Virus record (IMG/VR): IMGVR_UViG_3300008262_000013
From: a virus
Taxonomy: Duplodnaviria > Caudoviricetes
Strand: one strand, 5' to 3'
Length of the DNA stretch: 64,000 bases
Part shown: piece by piece, positions 56,193 to 64,000 of the stretch
How positions within the stretch are numbered: the stretch's first letter is position 1
How the letters are laid out: each line of letters starts with the position of its first letter
The notes under the pieces: generated by a model
Database searches by the model: none
What the model was told of the DNA's origin: nothing
What the model saw: only the letters and a program-made list of their open reading frames with translations
Translations under genes and position numbers: made by a program

Positions 56193-56434
56193 AAAAAGTT
56201 TTAAGATTTACAGCATCATGGTGTGGACCATGTAAAATGCTAGCTAAAACATTAGAAGAAGTTGAAACTAATGTACCAATTGAAGTGATTGATATTGATG
56301 TCAATCCAGAAATTGCAACAGAATTTGGCATTCGTAGTGTACCAACATTGGTAATCGTTGAAGATAATATGGCATCAAAAAGACTCATAGGAAATAAAAC
56401 AAAACAAGAACTAGAGGCATTCATCAATGATTAA
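56189..56434 (+). CDS. trxA: Thioredoxin
   Basis: WCGPC; IRSVPT. Confidence 0.92.
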   Translation: MKKVLRFTASWCGPCKMLAKTLEEVETNVPIEVIDIDVNPEIATEFGIRSVPTLVIVEDNMASKRLIGNKTKQELEAFIND

Positions 56435-57419
56435 AAAGCACGACACAAAACTAACGGACGAAAGAACCGCATTTAAACCATTCGCATATCCTTGGGCATA
56501 TAATGCATGGTTGCAACATGAACAAGCTCATTGGCTTCATTCAGAAGTTCCAATGATCGAAGATGTAAAAGATTGGAAAAACAAATTAACAACAGAACAG
56601 AAACAATTTCTCACACACATTTTTAGATTCTTCACACAAGGCGACATTGATGTGGCAGGTGGTTATGTAAAGAATTATCTTCCTTATTTTCCTCAACCGG
56701 AAGTAAGAATGATGTTACTTGGTTTTGCAGCTCGTGAAGCATTACACATTGCAGCATACTCACACTTGATTGAAACATTAGGATTGCCTGATACAATGTA
56801 CAATCAATTTTTAGAATATCAGGCAATGAGAGATAAACATGATTACGTACTTAATCTTAGCTCACAGAATGGCGATGCTGCTTCTACTGCTACTCACATT
56901 GCAGTATTCTCTGCTTTCACCGAAGGGATGCAATTATTCAGTTCCTTTATCATGTTACTTAACTTCCCACGCAACGGTACGATGAAGGGTATGGGACAAA
57001 TCGTTACTTGGTCTATTGTTGATGAAACAATGCACGCCGAGAATATGATTAAATTGTTCCGTACATATGTGGAAGAAAACAAAGAAATTTGGAATGATGA
57101 TTTAAAATCGAGAATATATACTATTGCAGAAAAAATGGTGGAACTAGAAGATAAATTTATTGACCTAGCTTTCGAGATGGGTCCAATGGAGAACCTAGAT
57201 GCAGAAGATGTTAAGCGCTATATTCGCTATATTGCTGACCGTAGGCTTATTTCTCTTGGTCTTAAAGGGATTTTCAAGGTAAAGAAAAATCCATTGCCAT
57301 GGGTTGAAGAAATGATTAATGCTCCTATTCACGGAAACTTTTTCGAAAATCGTGTTACTGATTACGCAAAAGGTGCCTTGTCGGGACAATGGGAAGAAGT
57401 TTGGGGTAAAGCAGCTTAA
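56427..57419 (+). CDS. nrdB: Ribonucleotide reductase beta subunit
   Basis: FFTQGD, EALHIAAYS, TEGMQLF, DETMH, NFFE. Confidence 0.96.
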   Translation: MIKKHDTKLTDERTAFKPFAYPWAYNAWLQHEQAHWLHSEVPMIEDVKDWKNKLTTEQKQFLTHIFRFFTQGDIDVAGGYVKNYLPYFPQPEVRMMLLGFAAREALHIAAYSHLIETLGLPDTMYNQFLEYQAMRDKHDYVLNLSSQNGDAASTATHIAVFSAFTEGMQLFSSFIMLLNFPRNGTMKGMGQIVTWSIVDETMHAENMIKLFRTYVEENKEIWNDDLKSRIYTIAEKMVELEDKFIDLAFEMGPMENLDAEDVKRYIRYIADRRLISLGLKGIFKVKKNPLPWVEEMINAPIHGNFFENRVTDYAKGALSGQWEEVWGKAA

Positions 57420-57433
57420 AAGGAGAAAAAGTG

Positions 57434-58120
57434 ATGAAATGGAAAAATGATTTAATAAAAGATATTAGATATCTTACACCTTGGGATGATAGTGATGGAG
57501 ATCCAAGAATAGAATTTAGGGGTTGGGCTGAGGTAACTGAAGCGAATAGAATGGTCTTAAGAGATAGATTTTTGAGAGTTTCTGAAAATTGTTCCGCTAT
57601 ACTTGAAATCGGAGTCAATAGAAATGGAGAAAATTCATTTACACAAGTGTTGTTGAAAAATAAGAAAAAAGAAACTATCTATATTGGAATAGATATAGAT
57701 GATAGAGAATATCTAAACAATGAAGAAGAAAATATTCATGTTATAAGAGGTGATAGTTCCAACTATGAAGAAAATATGAAAATAATAAATCAAATTTTTG
57801 AAAAATGTGGAGCAACTAGAAAAGAATTTGACTTTATTTTCATCGACGGGTGGCACAGCGTTAATCAATGTTTAAAAGATTGGGAATACACAAACATTTT
57901 AGGAAAAAATGGAATTGTTGGACTTCATGATACAGCATATCATCCTGGTCCAAAAGTATTCATGAGAAATTTAAATAAAGATGAATGGGCTGTTGAAGCA
58001 AACGTGATTGAAACTTCTAACGATTGGGGTATTGGTTTTGCATGGAAAAAAGATACCAATAATTGGAATCCAGTTCCCGAAGGATATGAATGGAAAGTAG
58101 ATCCTCCAAATATGTATTAA
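57434..58120 (+). CDS. Class I SAM methyltransferase-like
   Basis: ILEIGV, GIDID, FIFIDGWHS, GLHD. Confidence 0.75.
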   Translation: MKWKNDLIKDIRYLTPWDDSDGDPRIEFRGWAEVTEANRMVLRDRFLRVSENCSAILEIGVNRNGENSFTQVLLKNKKKETIYIGIDIDDREYLNNEEENIHVIRGDSSNYEENMKIINQIFEKCGATRKEFDFIFIDGWHSVNQCLKDWEYTNILGKNGIVGLHDTAYHPGPKVFMRNLNKDEWAVEANVIETSNDWGIGFAWKKDTNNWNPVPEGYEWKVDPPNMY

Positions 58121-58127
58121 TTGATTT

Positions 58128-58156
58128 ATGACAATCCGATGACGGTTTTGTTACAA
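58128..58156 (-). promoter_or_regulatory. Pho-box-like triple repeat upstream of pstS
   Basis: - strand TTGTAAC-AAAA-CCGTCAT-CGGA-TTGTCAT, 11-bp period, resembling PhoB half-site CTGTCAT. Confidence 0.6.
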
Positions 58157-58228
58157 TCCCGTTTAAGGATCATGATTTCATAGATAAGTGTGATATTGTG
58201 CAAAGGCACAATTCTTATAGGAGAAATC

Positions 58229-59251
58229 ATGAGAAAGTTACTTTTATCTTTATTGTTATTTACAGGAGTCGCATCCGCAGCAGAATTAACTGGCGCTGGT
58301 GCGACTTTTCCATTTCCAATCTATGCTAAGTGGGCAGAAGCATATAAAGCATCCACTGGCATTGGTCTGAATTATCAATCAATCGGTTCTGGTGGTGGTA
58401 TCAAACAAATCAAAGCAAAAACAGTTGACTTTGGTGCAAGTGATATGCCATTGAAGCCTGAAGAATTAGACAAAGAAGGTCTAGTGCAATTTCCAGCAGT
58501 AATTGGCGGTGTAGTACCAGTATTCAATCTTGACGGTGTAGCAGCAGGTCAATTAAAATTAACACCAGAAGTTATTGCAAACATTCATCTTGGTAAAATC
58601 ACAAAGTGGAACGATAAAGCAATTGTTGATTTGAATCCTGGCGTCAATCTACCAGCATTAGCAATCACAGTTGTTCATCGTGCAGATGGTTCAGGCACTA
58701 CATTTATTTGGACAAACTTTTTAGGTAAAGCAAACGCTGATTTTGCAAAAACTGTTGGCGAAGGCACAGCAGTAAAATGGCCAGTTGGTGTAGGTGGTAA
58801 AGGTAATGAAGGTGTTGCTGTTCAAGTACAAAGAATCAAAGGTGCATTTGGCTATGTAGAATATGCATATGCAAAAAGAAATAAAATTGCACACGCACAA
58901 TTAAAAAATCGTGATGGTGTTTTTGTACAACCAAGTGACGATTCATTCAAAGCCGCAGCAGCAAACGCAGATTGGGCTAATGCACCAGGAATGTATTTGT
59001 TGCTCACATGGCAAACAGGTAAAGAAGCATGGCCAGCAACAGGCGCAAGTTTCATTCTCATGCACAAACAACAAGCAGATAGTTTGACAGGTCGTGCAGT
59101 TTTGAAATTCTTTGATTGGAGTTGGAAGAATGGTGCCAAGATGAGTGAAGAACTAGAATATGTTCATTTACCACAATCAGTTATTAAATTAAATCAGGAC
59201 AATTGGAAAAAAGACTTAAAAGGTCCTGACAACAACCCAATTTGGAAATAA
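58229..59251 (+). CDS. pstS: Phosphate-binding protein PstS
   Basis: Signal peptide; GAGATFP, NYQSIGSGGG, FGASD, HRADGSGTT, GKGNEGV. Confidence 0.97.
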   Translation: MRKLLLSLLLFTGVASAAELTGAGATFPFPIYAKWAEAYKASTGIGLNYQSIGSGGGIKQIKAKTVDFGASDMPLKPEELDKEGLVQFPAVIGGVVPVFNLDGVAAGQLKLTPEVIANIHLGKITKWNDKAIVDLNPGVNLPALAITVVHRADGSGTTFIWTNFLGKANADFAKTVGEGTAVKWPVGVGGKGNEGVAVQVQRIKGAFGYVEYAYAKRNKIAHAQLKNRDGVFVQPSDDSFKAAAANADWANAPGMYLLLTWQTGKEAWPATGASFILMHKQQADSLTGRAVLKFFDWSWKNGAKMSEELEYVHLPQSVIKLNQDNWKKDLKGPDNNPIWK

Positions 59252-59260
59252 GGATAAATT

Positions 59261-60667
59261 ATGAAACTATTTAAAAAATTATCTATCGTAGTTGCACTTG
59301 CAGCAGTAATTCCTGCATATGCTGATGAGTATAAAGATACATTGAATATTCTAAGAGAGAAGAATATAATCACTCAAAAAGAATATGAATCAAAACTCAA
59401 TGCATATGAAGAAAAAGAAGAAAACAAAAAGTTTGCAGAACAAAGAATCGACAAAGATGTTAGTGATTCGGTCAAATACAGACAAGCAAGAGCAAACGAT
59501 GGTTCAGTCACAGAAAATGGAATCGGACTCAAAAGCAAAGATGGAAACAATACGGCACAGTTTACAGGTCGAATTCATATGGACTATCGCCAATACACAC
59601 CAGATTATGGTGTCGGCCAAACCACGGATTCGTATCAAAACTTAGCCGAAGTTCGCCGTGCAAGATTTGGTGTTCGTGGACAATTTGCAAAAGACTTCAA
59701 ATATCAATTGTTAGCAAACTTTGGTGCAAGTGATGGCTTTAGTTCTACATCATCAACAGCAGATGAGATGTGGGTAAACTATGCAGCAAATCCAGAAATG
59801 CAATTTCAATTTGGCTTATTCAAGATGCCATTTAGTCTTGAACAAATGACAAGTTCAAACAATCTAGATTTTATGGAACGTAGTTTGATTGGTCAGAATG
59901 ATACTGAATTTATTCCTGCAAAAGAAACTGGTTTCATGTTACATGGTGTGCCAAAACCTGGCCTTACATATGCTATAGCAGCAAGTAGAGGCAAATCCAA
60001 TAAGAGCGCAGAGTTCGATGGACTTGATTATATTGGTCGTGTAACAACTAATATTGCTGAACTAACAGGCAGCAAAGCATACACTGCACACTTGGGTGCA
60101 GCATACAGCACAGGTGAAATTAAAAGTGGCGTTGCACCAGCCAGTGGTAGAACAGAATCTCGTATGCAGTCTGGTTGGTTTACAGGTTCCGCATTGAGTG
60201 GTGCTACTACAAGAACACGCCAAGGATTAGAAGCAGCGTTTGCATATAACGGTTTCAAAGTTCAAGGCGAACAGTTCAATTTTAAATATGATGCTGCAAC
60301 AGGTAGTGACCAAGAAATCAAAGGGTACTATGTACAAGCAGTTTATAATTTAACTGGCGAATCACATGCATACAAAGATGGTGCGTTTGGTTGGATTAAA
60401 CCAAATAATCCAATCGACAAAGGTGGTCGTGGTGCGTGGCAGGTTGGTGTACGTATGAGTGAGTTTGATGCAAGTGATGTATCCGTTGCAACAGGCAAGT
60501 CAAATCGTGCTACTGCTATGACATACGGTCTAACTTGGTTTTGCACTGACAATCTACGTTTCATGCTCAACTACGTAGATACAAAGTTTGATGCATTAGT
60601 TGGTAGTTCTGGTAGTCGTGTAAATGGTGAAAAAGCAATTATGTTTAGAAGTCAATTAAGTTTCTAA
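59261..60667 (+). CDS. Phosphate-selective porin OprO/OprP-like
   Basis: Signal peptide; RRARFGVRG, GLFKMPFSLEQ, FMERS, GLTW..NLRFMLNY, C-terminal Phe; follows pstS. Confidence 0.85.
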   Translation: MKLFKKLSIVVALAAVIPAYADEYKDTLNILREKNIITQKEYESKLNAYEEKEENKKFAEQRIDKDVSDSVKYRQARANDGSVTENGIGLKSKDGNNTAQFTGRIHMDYRQYTPDYGVGQTTDSYQNLAEVRRARFGVRGQFAKDFKYQLLANFGASDGFSSTSSTADEMWVNYAANPEMQFQFGLFKMPFSLEQMTSSNNLDFMERSLIGQNDTEFIPAKETGFMLHGVPKPGLTYAIAASRGKSNKSAEFDGLDYIGRVTTNIAELTGSKAYTAHLGAAYSTGEIKSGVAPASGRTESRMQSGWFTGSALSGATTRTRQGLEAAFAYNGFKVQGEQFNFKYDAATGSDQEIKGYYVQAVYNLTGESHAYKDGAFGWIKPNNPIDKGGRGAWQVGVRMSEFDASDVSVATGKSNRATAMTYGLTWFCTDNLRFMLNYVDTKFDALVGSSGSRVNGEKAIMFRSQLSF

Positions 60668-60684
60668 AATTTTTTTGTTATATT

Positions 60685-60710
60685 AAAAGCCTCGTAAGAG
60701 GCTTTTTTTT
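60685..60710 (+). terminator. Intrinsic terminator
   Basis: AAAAGCCTC-GTAA-GAGGC followed by T8. Confidence 0.88.
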
Positions 60711-60739
60711 CGTCTAAATAAAGATCGAAGGAGAAATCT

Positions 60740-61060
60740 ATGATCACAATGACTGAACTCGCATCTCGCAAAACTTTAAACTCTTTAAACAAAAGAGGAA
60801 AAGGATTAGGTATTAAGGTTGGTGTTAGAACCACAGGTTGCAGTGGTTTGGCCTATACCTTAGAATATGTTGATAGTGTATCGGATACAGATACTATATA
60901 CGAATCTAACGGTGTTAAAATTTTTGTTGACCCAAAACATATTCCTTATCTGAACGGAATGGAAATAGATTGGAAAAGAAATGGACTCAATGAAGGTTTT
61001 GATTTTATAAATTCTTTAGAAAAGAATCGATGTGGTTGTGGTGAAAGTTTTAATATTTAA
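60740..61060 (+). CDS. iscA: A-type Fe-S carrier IscA
   Basis: GVRTTGCSGLAY, GFDF, CGCGESF; CTAAATA late-like motif upstream. Confidence 0.95.
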   Translation: MITMTELASRKTLNSLNKRGKGLGIKVGVRTTGCSGLAYTLEYVDSVSDTDTIYESNGVKIFVDPKHIPYLNGMEIDWKRNGLNEGFDFINSLEKNRCGCGESFNI

Positions 61061-61069
61061 GGAGAAAGA

Positions 61070-61519
61070 ATGAAATTAACAAAAATACTTTTAATTGGTC
61101 TATTATCTTTCGCTGGTATAGGAAATGTTTATGCTGACAAAACAGCAAAAGGTGTAACGTATGATGCACAAATTGTACGGGTAAATGATGGTGATACTGT
61201 AGTGATTGCAGCACCCTTTTTACCTTTGCCATTAAAACCTGAATTAGCAGTTCGTATCTATGGTGTAGATACGCCAGAAAAAGGCCATAGAGCTCAATGT
61301 CCAAGTGAAGATCAACGTGGTCAAGCAGCAACTGTGTTTACTAAAAATCTAGTTGCAAAGTCCATTAAACGACAAGTCACACTCTATGGTTGGGATAAAT
61401 TTGGTGGTCGTGTCTTGGGTGATATGATTCTAGATGGTCAAAGTCTCCGTAGTATGTTGATTCAAAACGGTTTCGCTCGGGAATATTTTGGTGAAGCCAA
61501 ACAATCTTGGTGTCAATAA
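61070..61519 (+). CDS. Thermonuclease (SNase-like) with signal peptide
   Basis: RVNDGDT, VRIYGVDTPE, DKFGGRVLG, LIQNGFAR; N-terminal signal ending VYA. Confidence 0.85.
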   Translation: MKLTKILLIGLLSFAGIGNVYADKTAKGVTYDAQIVRVNDGDTVVIAAPFLPLPLKPELAVRIYGVDTPEKGHRAQCPSEDQRGQAATVFTKNLVAKSIKRQVTLYGWDKFGGRVLGDMILDGQSLRSMLIQNGFAREYFGEAKQSWCQ

Positions 61520-61668
61520 TGGCTTCGTTGAAACACACTTGTGGGGCATGTTCCTCAGAGTTTACAATTAAATATGATGAAAGTAAATGTGAAGATGATC
61601 CACACTACTGTCCATTTTGCGGTGAATATTTAATTGAAACTGAGGATTTTGGTGATGATGACGAATGA
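61519..61668 (+). CDS. Small Zn-ribbon protein (49 aa, not in track)
   Basis: CGAC...CPFCG, acidic tail; coupled to both neighbours. Confidence 0.7.
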   Translation: MASLKHTCGACSSEFTIKYDESKCEDDPHYCPFCGEYLIETEDFGDDDE

Positions 61669-62069
61669 CCTGGTATTTTCATAATACAGGTGAAGAATTT
61701 ACCGAAGAAAATATAGACGGCCATTTTGGGTTTGTATATCTAATCACACATACTCAAAGTGGTCGTAAATATATTGGTAAAAAATTCTTCACCAAATCTA
61801 AGACTACACAAGTTAAAGGTAAGAAAAAGAAAACCCGAGTATCGTCTGATTGGATGACATACTGGGGTTCTAATTTATTACTACAAGAAGAAGTTAAAAA
61901 AAATGGTGAAGATCAATACGTAAGAGAGATACTTCACCTCTGTAAAACTAAATCAGAATTGTCTTATTACGAAACGTGGGAGATATTCTCTCGCCACGCA
62001 CTATTGAATGAATCTTACTACAATCAATGGGTTTCTTGTAAGATTACAAAAAAACATTTACTTAAGTAA
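61665..62069 (+). CDS. GIY-YIG nuclease family protein
   Basis: GFVYLI..GRKYIGKK, YWGS, REIL..E, YYNQW. Confidence 0.8.
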   Translation: MTWYFHNTGEEFTEENIDGHFGFVYLITHTQSGRKYIGKKFFTKSKTTQVKGKKKKTRVSSDWMTYWGSNLLLQEEVKKNGEDQYVREILHLCKTKSELSYYETWEIFSRHALLNESYYNQWVSCKITKKHLLK

Positions 62070-62360
62070 TTTTGTATTGTTTTCAGGATTCATTGACAAC
62101 ATATTGGAGAATATCTTCTGAGTTTCTTCATTAGATTTCACCATCTCATTCCTAAAACTTTCAACAGCTGCACCAGTTTGACGAGACATTCCTGAATTTT
62201 CAATCAGTAACATAGGAATAAAAGTCATAGCACAATTCCATTCTTCAACTTGCTTACCTGTATTGATATCATAACCTTCAACTTTAGTAAACCATGCACA
62301 TTTAAACTGTACACATTCTTCTTTCATTATAGGACAAAATGTTCCTGGTTTTAATTGCAT
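62058..62360 (-). CDS. Cys-containing hypothetical protein
   Basis: FCPIMKEECVQFKCAWF..WNCAM..QTGAAVESFRNEMVK; ATG 62360 preferred. Confidence 0.65.
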   Translation of the reverse strand: MQLKPGTFCPIMKEECVQFKCAWFTKVEGYDINTGKQVEEWNCAMTFIPMLLIENSGMSRQTGAAVESFRNEMVKSNEETQKIFSNMLSMNPENNTKLLK

Positions 62361-62373
62361 AATATAATCTCCT

Positions 62374-63534
62374 TTAAACAAACCAAGTAATAATAGAATA
62401 TCTAGTGCCTTTGATTACAGGCATGATTTCGTGTGGATACATAAAATTTGAAGGGAACATGATTACTGATCCTTTCTTTAAATTATAAATCAACTCTCTA
62501 TCAAAGAAAGCAAATTCTCCACCTCCAAAATCATCATTTAGTGCGAAAGAACAAGACACTGCTCTAGGATGTTTTTTGTATGAATCTGTATGTTGCCGGT
62601 AAAATTGCCCTACCTCATACTTTAATAAATCATATCCAGAATCTTCTTCTATTTGACTTAGTGGGAAAATATCATTATATTTTCTAATGACCTCATTTGC
62701 AACTTTATAAAGTCTATCATCTAAAAGTTTTCTTATTTCGGGATTTTTTAAAATTGTATTTTCGTGTGAAATAGGAATTGTATTTACATTTCTAGCATTT
62801 AAATTCATTTCCTCGTATCCTACTCCAGCAAGACACCAATTATCATCATTCTTATACTCATTTATAATTTCATCACATAGTGAGTAGGGAATAATATCTT
62901 CATAAATTTGAATGAAATCTGATATTTTATTTTTGGAGTTTATTTTAACTGGTGTTGTTTTTTCTTGTTTCACACTTTCTTCTTTTTTGATTGGAGAATC
63001 TTTTTTCTTATCAAAATAAGTATAAGCTTTATCACCTCTACTTCTTACATAATGTAAAAATACCTGAACATATTCTTTACCTAAAAATTGATTTCTCCAA
63101 TGATCAGCAACACATCCCAAATAAAGCATTGCATCACCTGGTTTTAGAATCAATTCAACTTCATTACCATCAGGAGTTTCAATATAAATTGGCCAATCTT
63201 CATCACCATCTAAATGTACAGTTAAACTTATTTCGCAAGCATCTCTATCCCTATGTCTTTCCAAAACACTACCATCTTTATACACTCTAGCATAACTATA
63301 TGTTGGTAAAACGGTTTCACCTATAATTGTGCTCACCGTTGGTACTTTATCACATAGCATTTCTAAAAAGTCTATGAAATTATATTCCGCTGAAGAATTT
63401 GGAGCTTGATTGTCTCCTTGAACCTCATTTTGTTTACAGTGACTTTTGAAGTTGGAAGCCATGACTTTTGCAGCGGCTTCACTAATGAAGTTGGGAATAT
63501 AGATATAATTATTTTCAGTTAATGATTTATTCAT
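62374..63534 (-). CDS. Tandem double 2OG-Fe(II) oxygenase
   Basis: Domain 1 HRDR..DHWR; domain 2 QHTD..YPHE..TRYS; ATG 63534 preferred. Confidence 0.85.
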   Translation of the reverse strand: MNKSLTENNYIYIPNFISEAAAKVMASNFKSHCKQNEVQGDNQAPNSSAEYNFIDFLEMLCDKVPTVSTIIGETVLPTYSYARVYKDGSVLERHRDRDACEISLTVHLDGDEDWPIYIETPDGNEVELILKPGDAMLYLGCVADHWRNQFLGKEYVQVFLHYVRSRGDKAYTYFDKKKDSPIKKEESVKQEKTTPVKINSKNKISDFIQIYEDIIPYSLCDEIINEYKNDDNWCLAGVGYEEMNLNARNVNTIPISHENTILKNPEIRKLLDDRLYKVANEVIRKYNDIFPLSQIEEDSGYDLLKYEVGQFYRQHTDSYKKHPRAVSCSFALNDDFGGGEFAFFDRELIYNLKKGSVIMFPSNFMYPHEIMPVIKGTRYSIITWFV

Positions 63535-63553
63535 AATATAATCACTTTTTAAT

Positions 63554-63913
63554 TTAATTGTTTTCTGCTGCAGCTGCGGCTTCATCAGCAGCATCTGATG
63601 CCGCTAGTGCAGCTTGTTTTATATTATATGCTTGCAACCATACATCATAACAGTTGATAGCCCATTGTGGTAATTCAGTTATATTTTCATTAGGATCGGT
63701 CGATCTAAATTCTAACCAACCAGATCCTTGGCCATATTGCAATCCATTTAGATGGGAATTTTGTTTATCTGGCCAAATGGGATTATTCCATTGTAATGCA
63801 TGTATATTATCTGGTATTCCACATTGAGATAAGTCTAACTCTGATAAACCTTCTTGGTCTGTAACGACAATACCATCAACAGGAATTACTACTAATTTAT
63901 GTGTTTGAATCAT
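63554..63913 (-). CDS. Hypothetical, fibre-associated protein
   Basis: IPDNIHALQW..GWLEF; Ala-rich tail; GAAAGG RBS-like. Confidence 0.6.
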   Translation of the reverse strand: MIQTHKLVVIPVDGIVVTDQEGLSELDLSQCGIPDNIHALQWNNPIWPDKQNSHLNGLQYGQGSGWLEFRSTDPNENITELPQWAINCYDVWLQAYNIKQAALAASDAADEAAAAAENN

Positions 63914-63958
63914 AAAAATTGCCTTTCGGTTAAAAACGAATATACTATTATATATGAA

Positions 63959-64000
63959 TTAGTTTAAAGAAGCAATAATAACATCAATATAATTTACACC
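63959..64000 (-). CDS. 3' end of a gene entering from beyond the window
   Basis: GVNYIDVIIASLN-stop, typical fibre-gene C-terminus. Confidence 0.4.
   Translation of the reverse strand, partial: GVNYIDVIIASLN

Noticed and set aside
15161-57419. Introns/inteins in gp43, uvsX, gp41, nrdA, nrdB, thyX
   Set aside because: All are continuous ORFs of expected size with no intein or homing-endonuclease insertions.
198-61331. Numerous short minus-strand and alternate-frame ORFs in the track (e.g. 4303..4611, 7397..7861, 9058..9294, 34295..34915)
   Set aside because: Shadows of well-supported + strand genes, lacking RBS and protein motifs; only 35095..35385 has independent support.
61665-62069. Mobile homing endonuclease element
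   Set aside because: Short GIY-YIG domain without DNA-binding extension and not inserted in or beside an obvious target gene; kept as plain CDS.

Overview
A 64-kb segment of an AT-rich T4-like (Tevenvirinae/Kyanoviridae-style) myophage genome, nearly all on the + strand. The short - strand block starts at ~62 kb. Core replication genes are present: gp45, gp44, gp62, regA, gp43, uvsX, gp41 and gp61. Nucleotide metabolism is covered by thyX, nrdA/nrdB, thioredoxin, dCMP deaminase, a MazG-like pyrophosphohydrolase and a DUF5664-like diphosphohydrolase. The window also carries a vWA/CobS-like AAA pair, hsp20, peptide deformylase, an eight-gene glycan/phospho-sugar cluster, a spanin-GH19 endolysin lysis cassette and a six-LamG adhesin. 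Host-derived auxiliary genes are iscU, iscA, pstS and an OprO/P-like phosphate porin with an upstream Pho-box-like array. A proteobacterial, possibly betaproteobacterial, host is inferred but not tested. Two candidate undescribed systems stand out. (1) A DUF4338/DruA-like protein with Mom-like GNAT topology is followed 21 nt later by a separately promoted 63-nt mini-cloverleaf RNA carrying the bacterial tRNA-Gly acceptor identity elements. This suggests an aminoacyl-tRNA-dependent DNA-modification module; a second paralogue sits next to a late-only restriction-like nuclease. (2) A family of late polyproteins has T4-IP-like capsid-targeting leaders and repeated (I/L/M)-x-E prohead-protease-type linkers. 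These could release a HicA RNase, a ligase-like NTase, a HIGH NTase, a P-loop kinase, a HAD phosphatase and a glycine-zipper peptide from the virion. All family assignments come from motif recognition only; no database searches were run.
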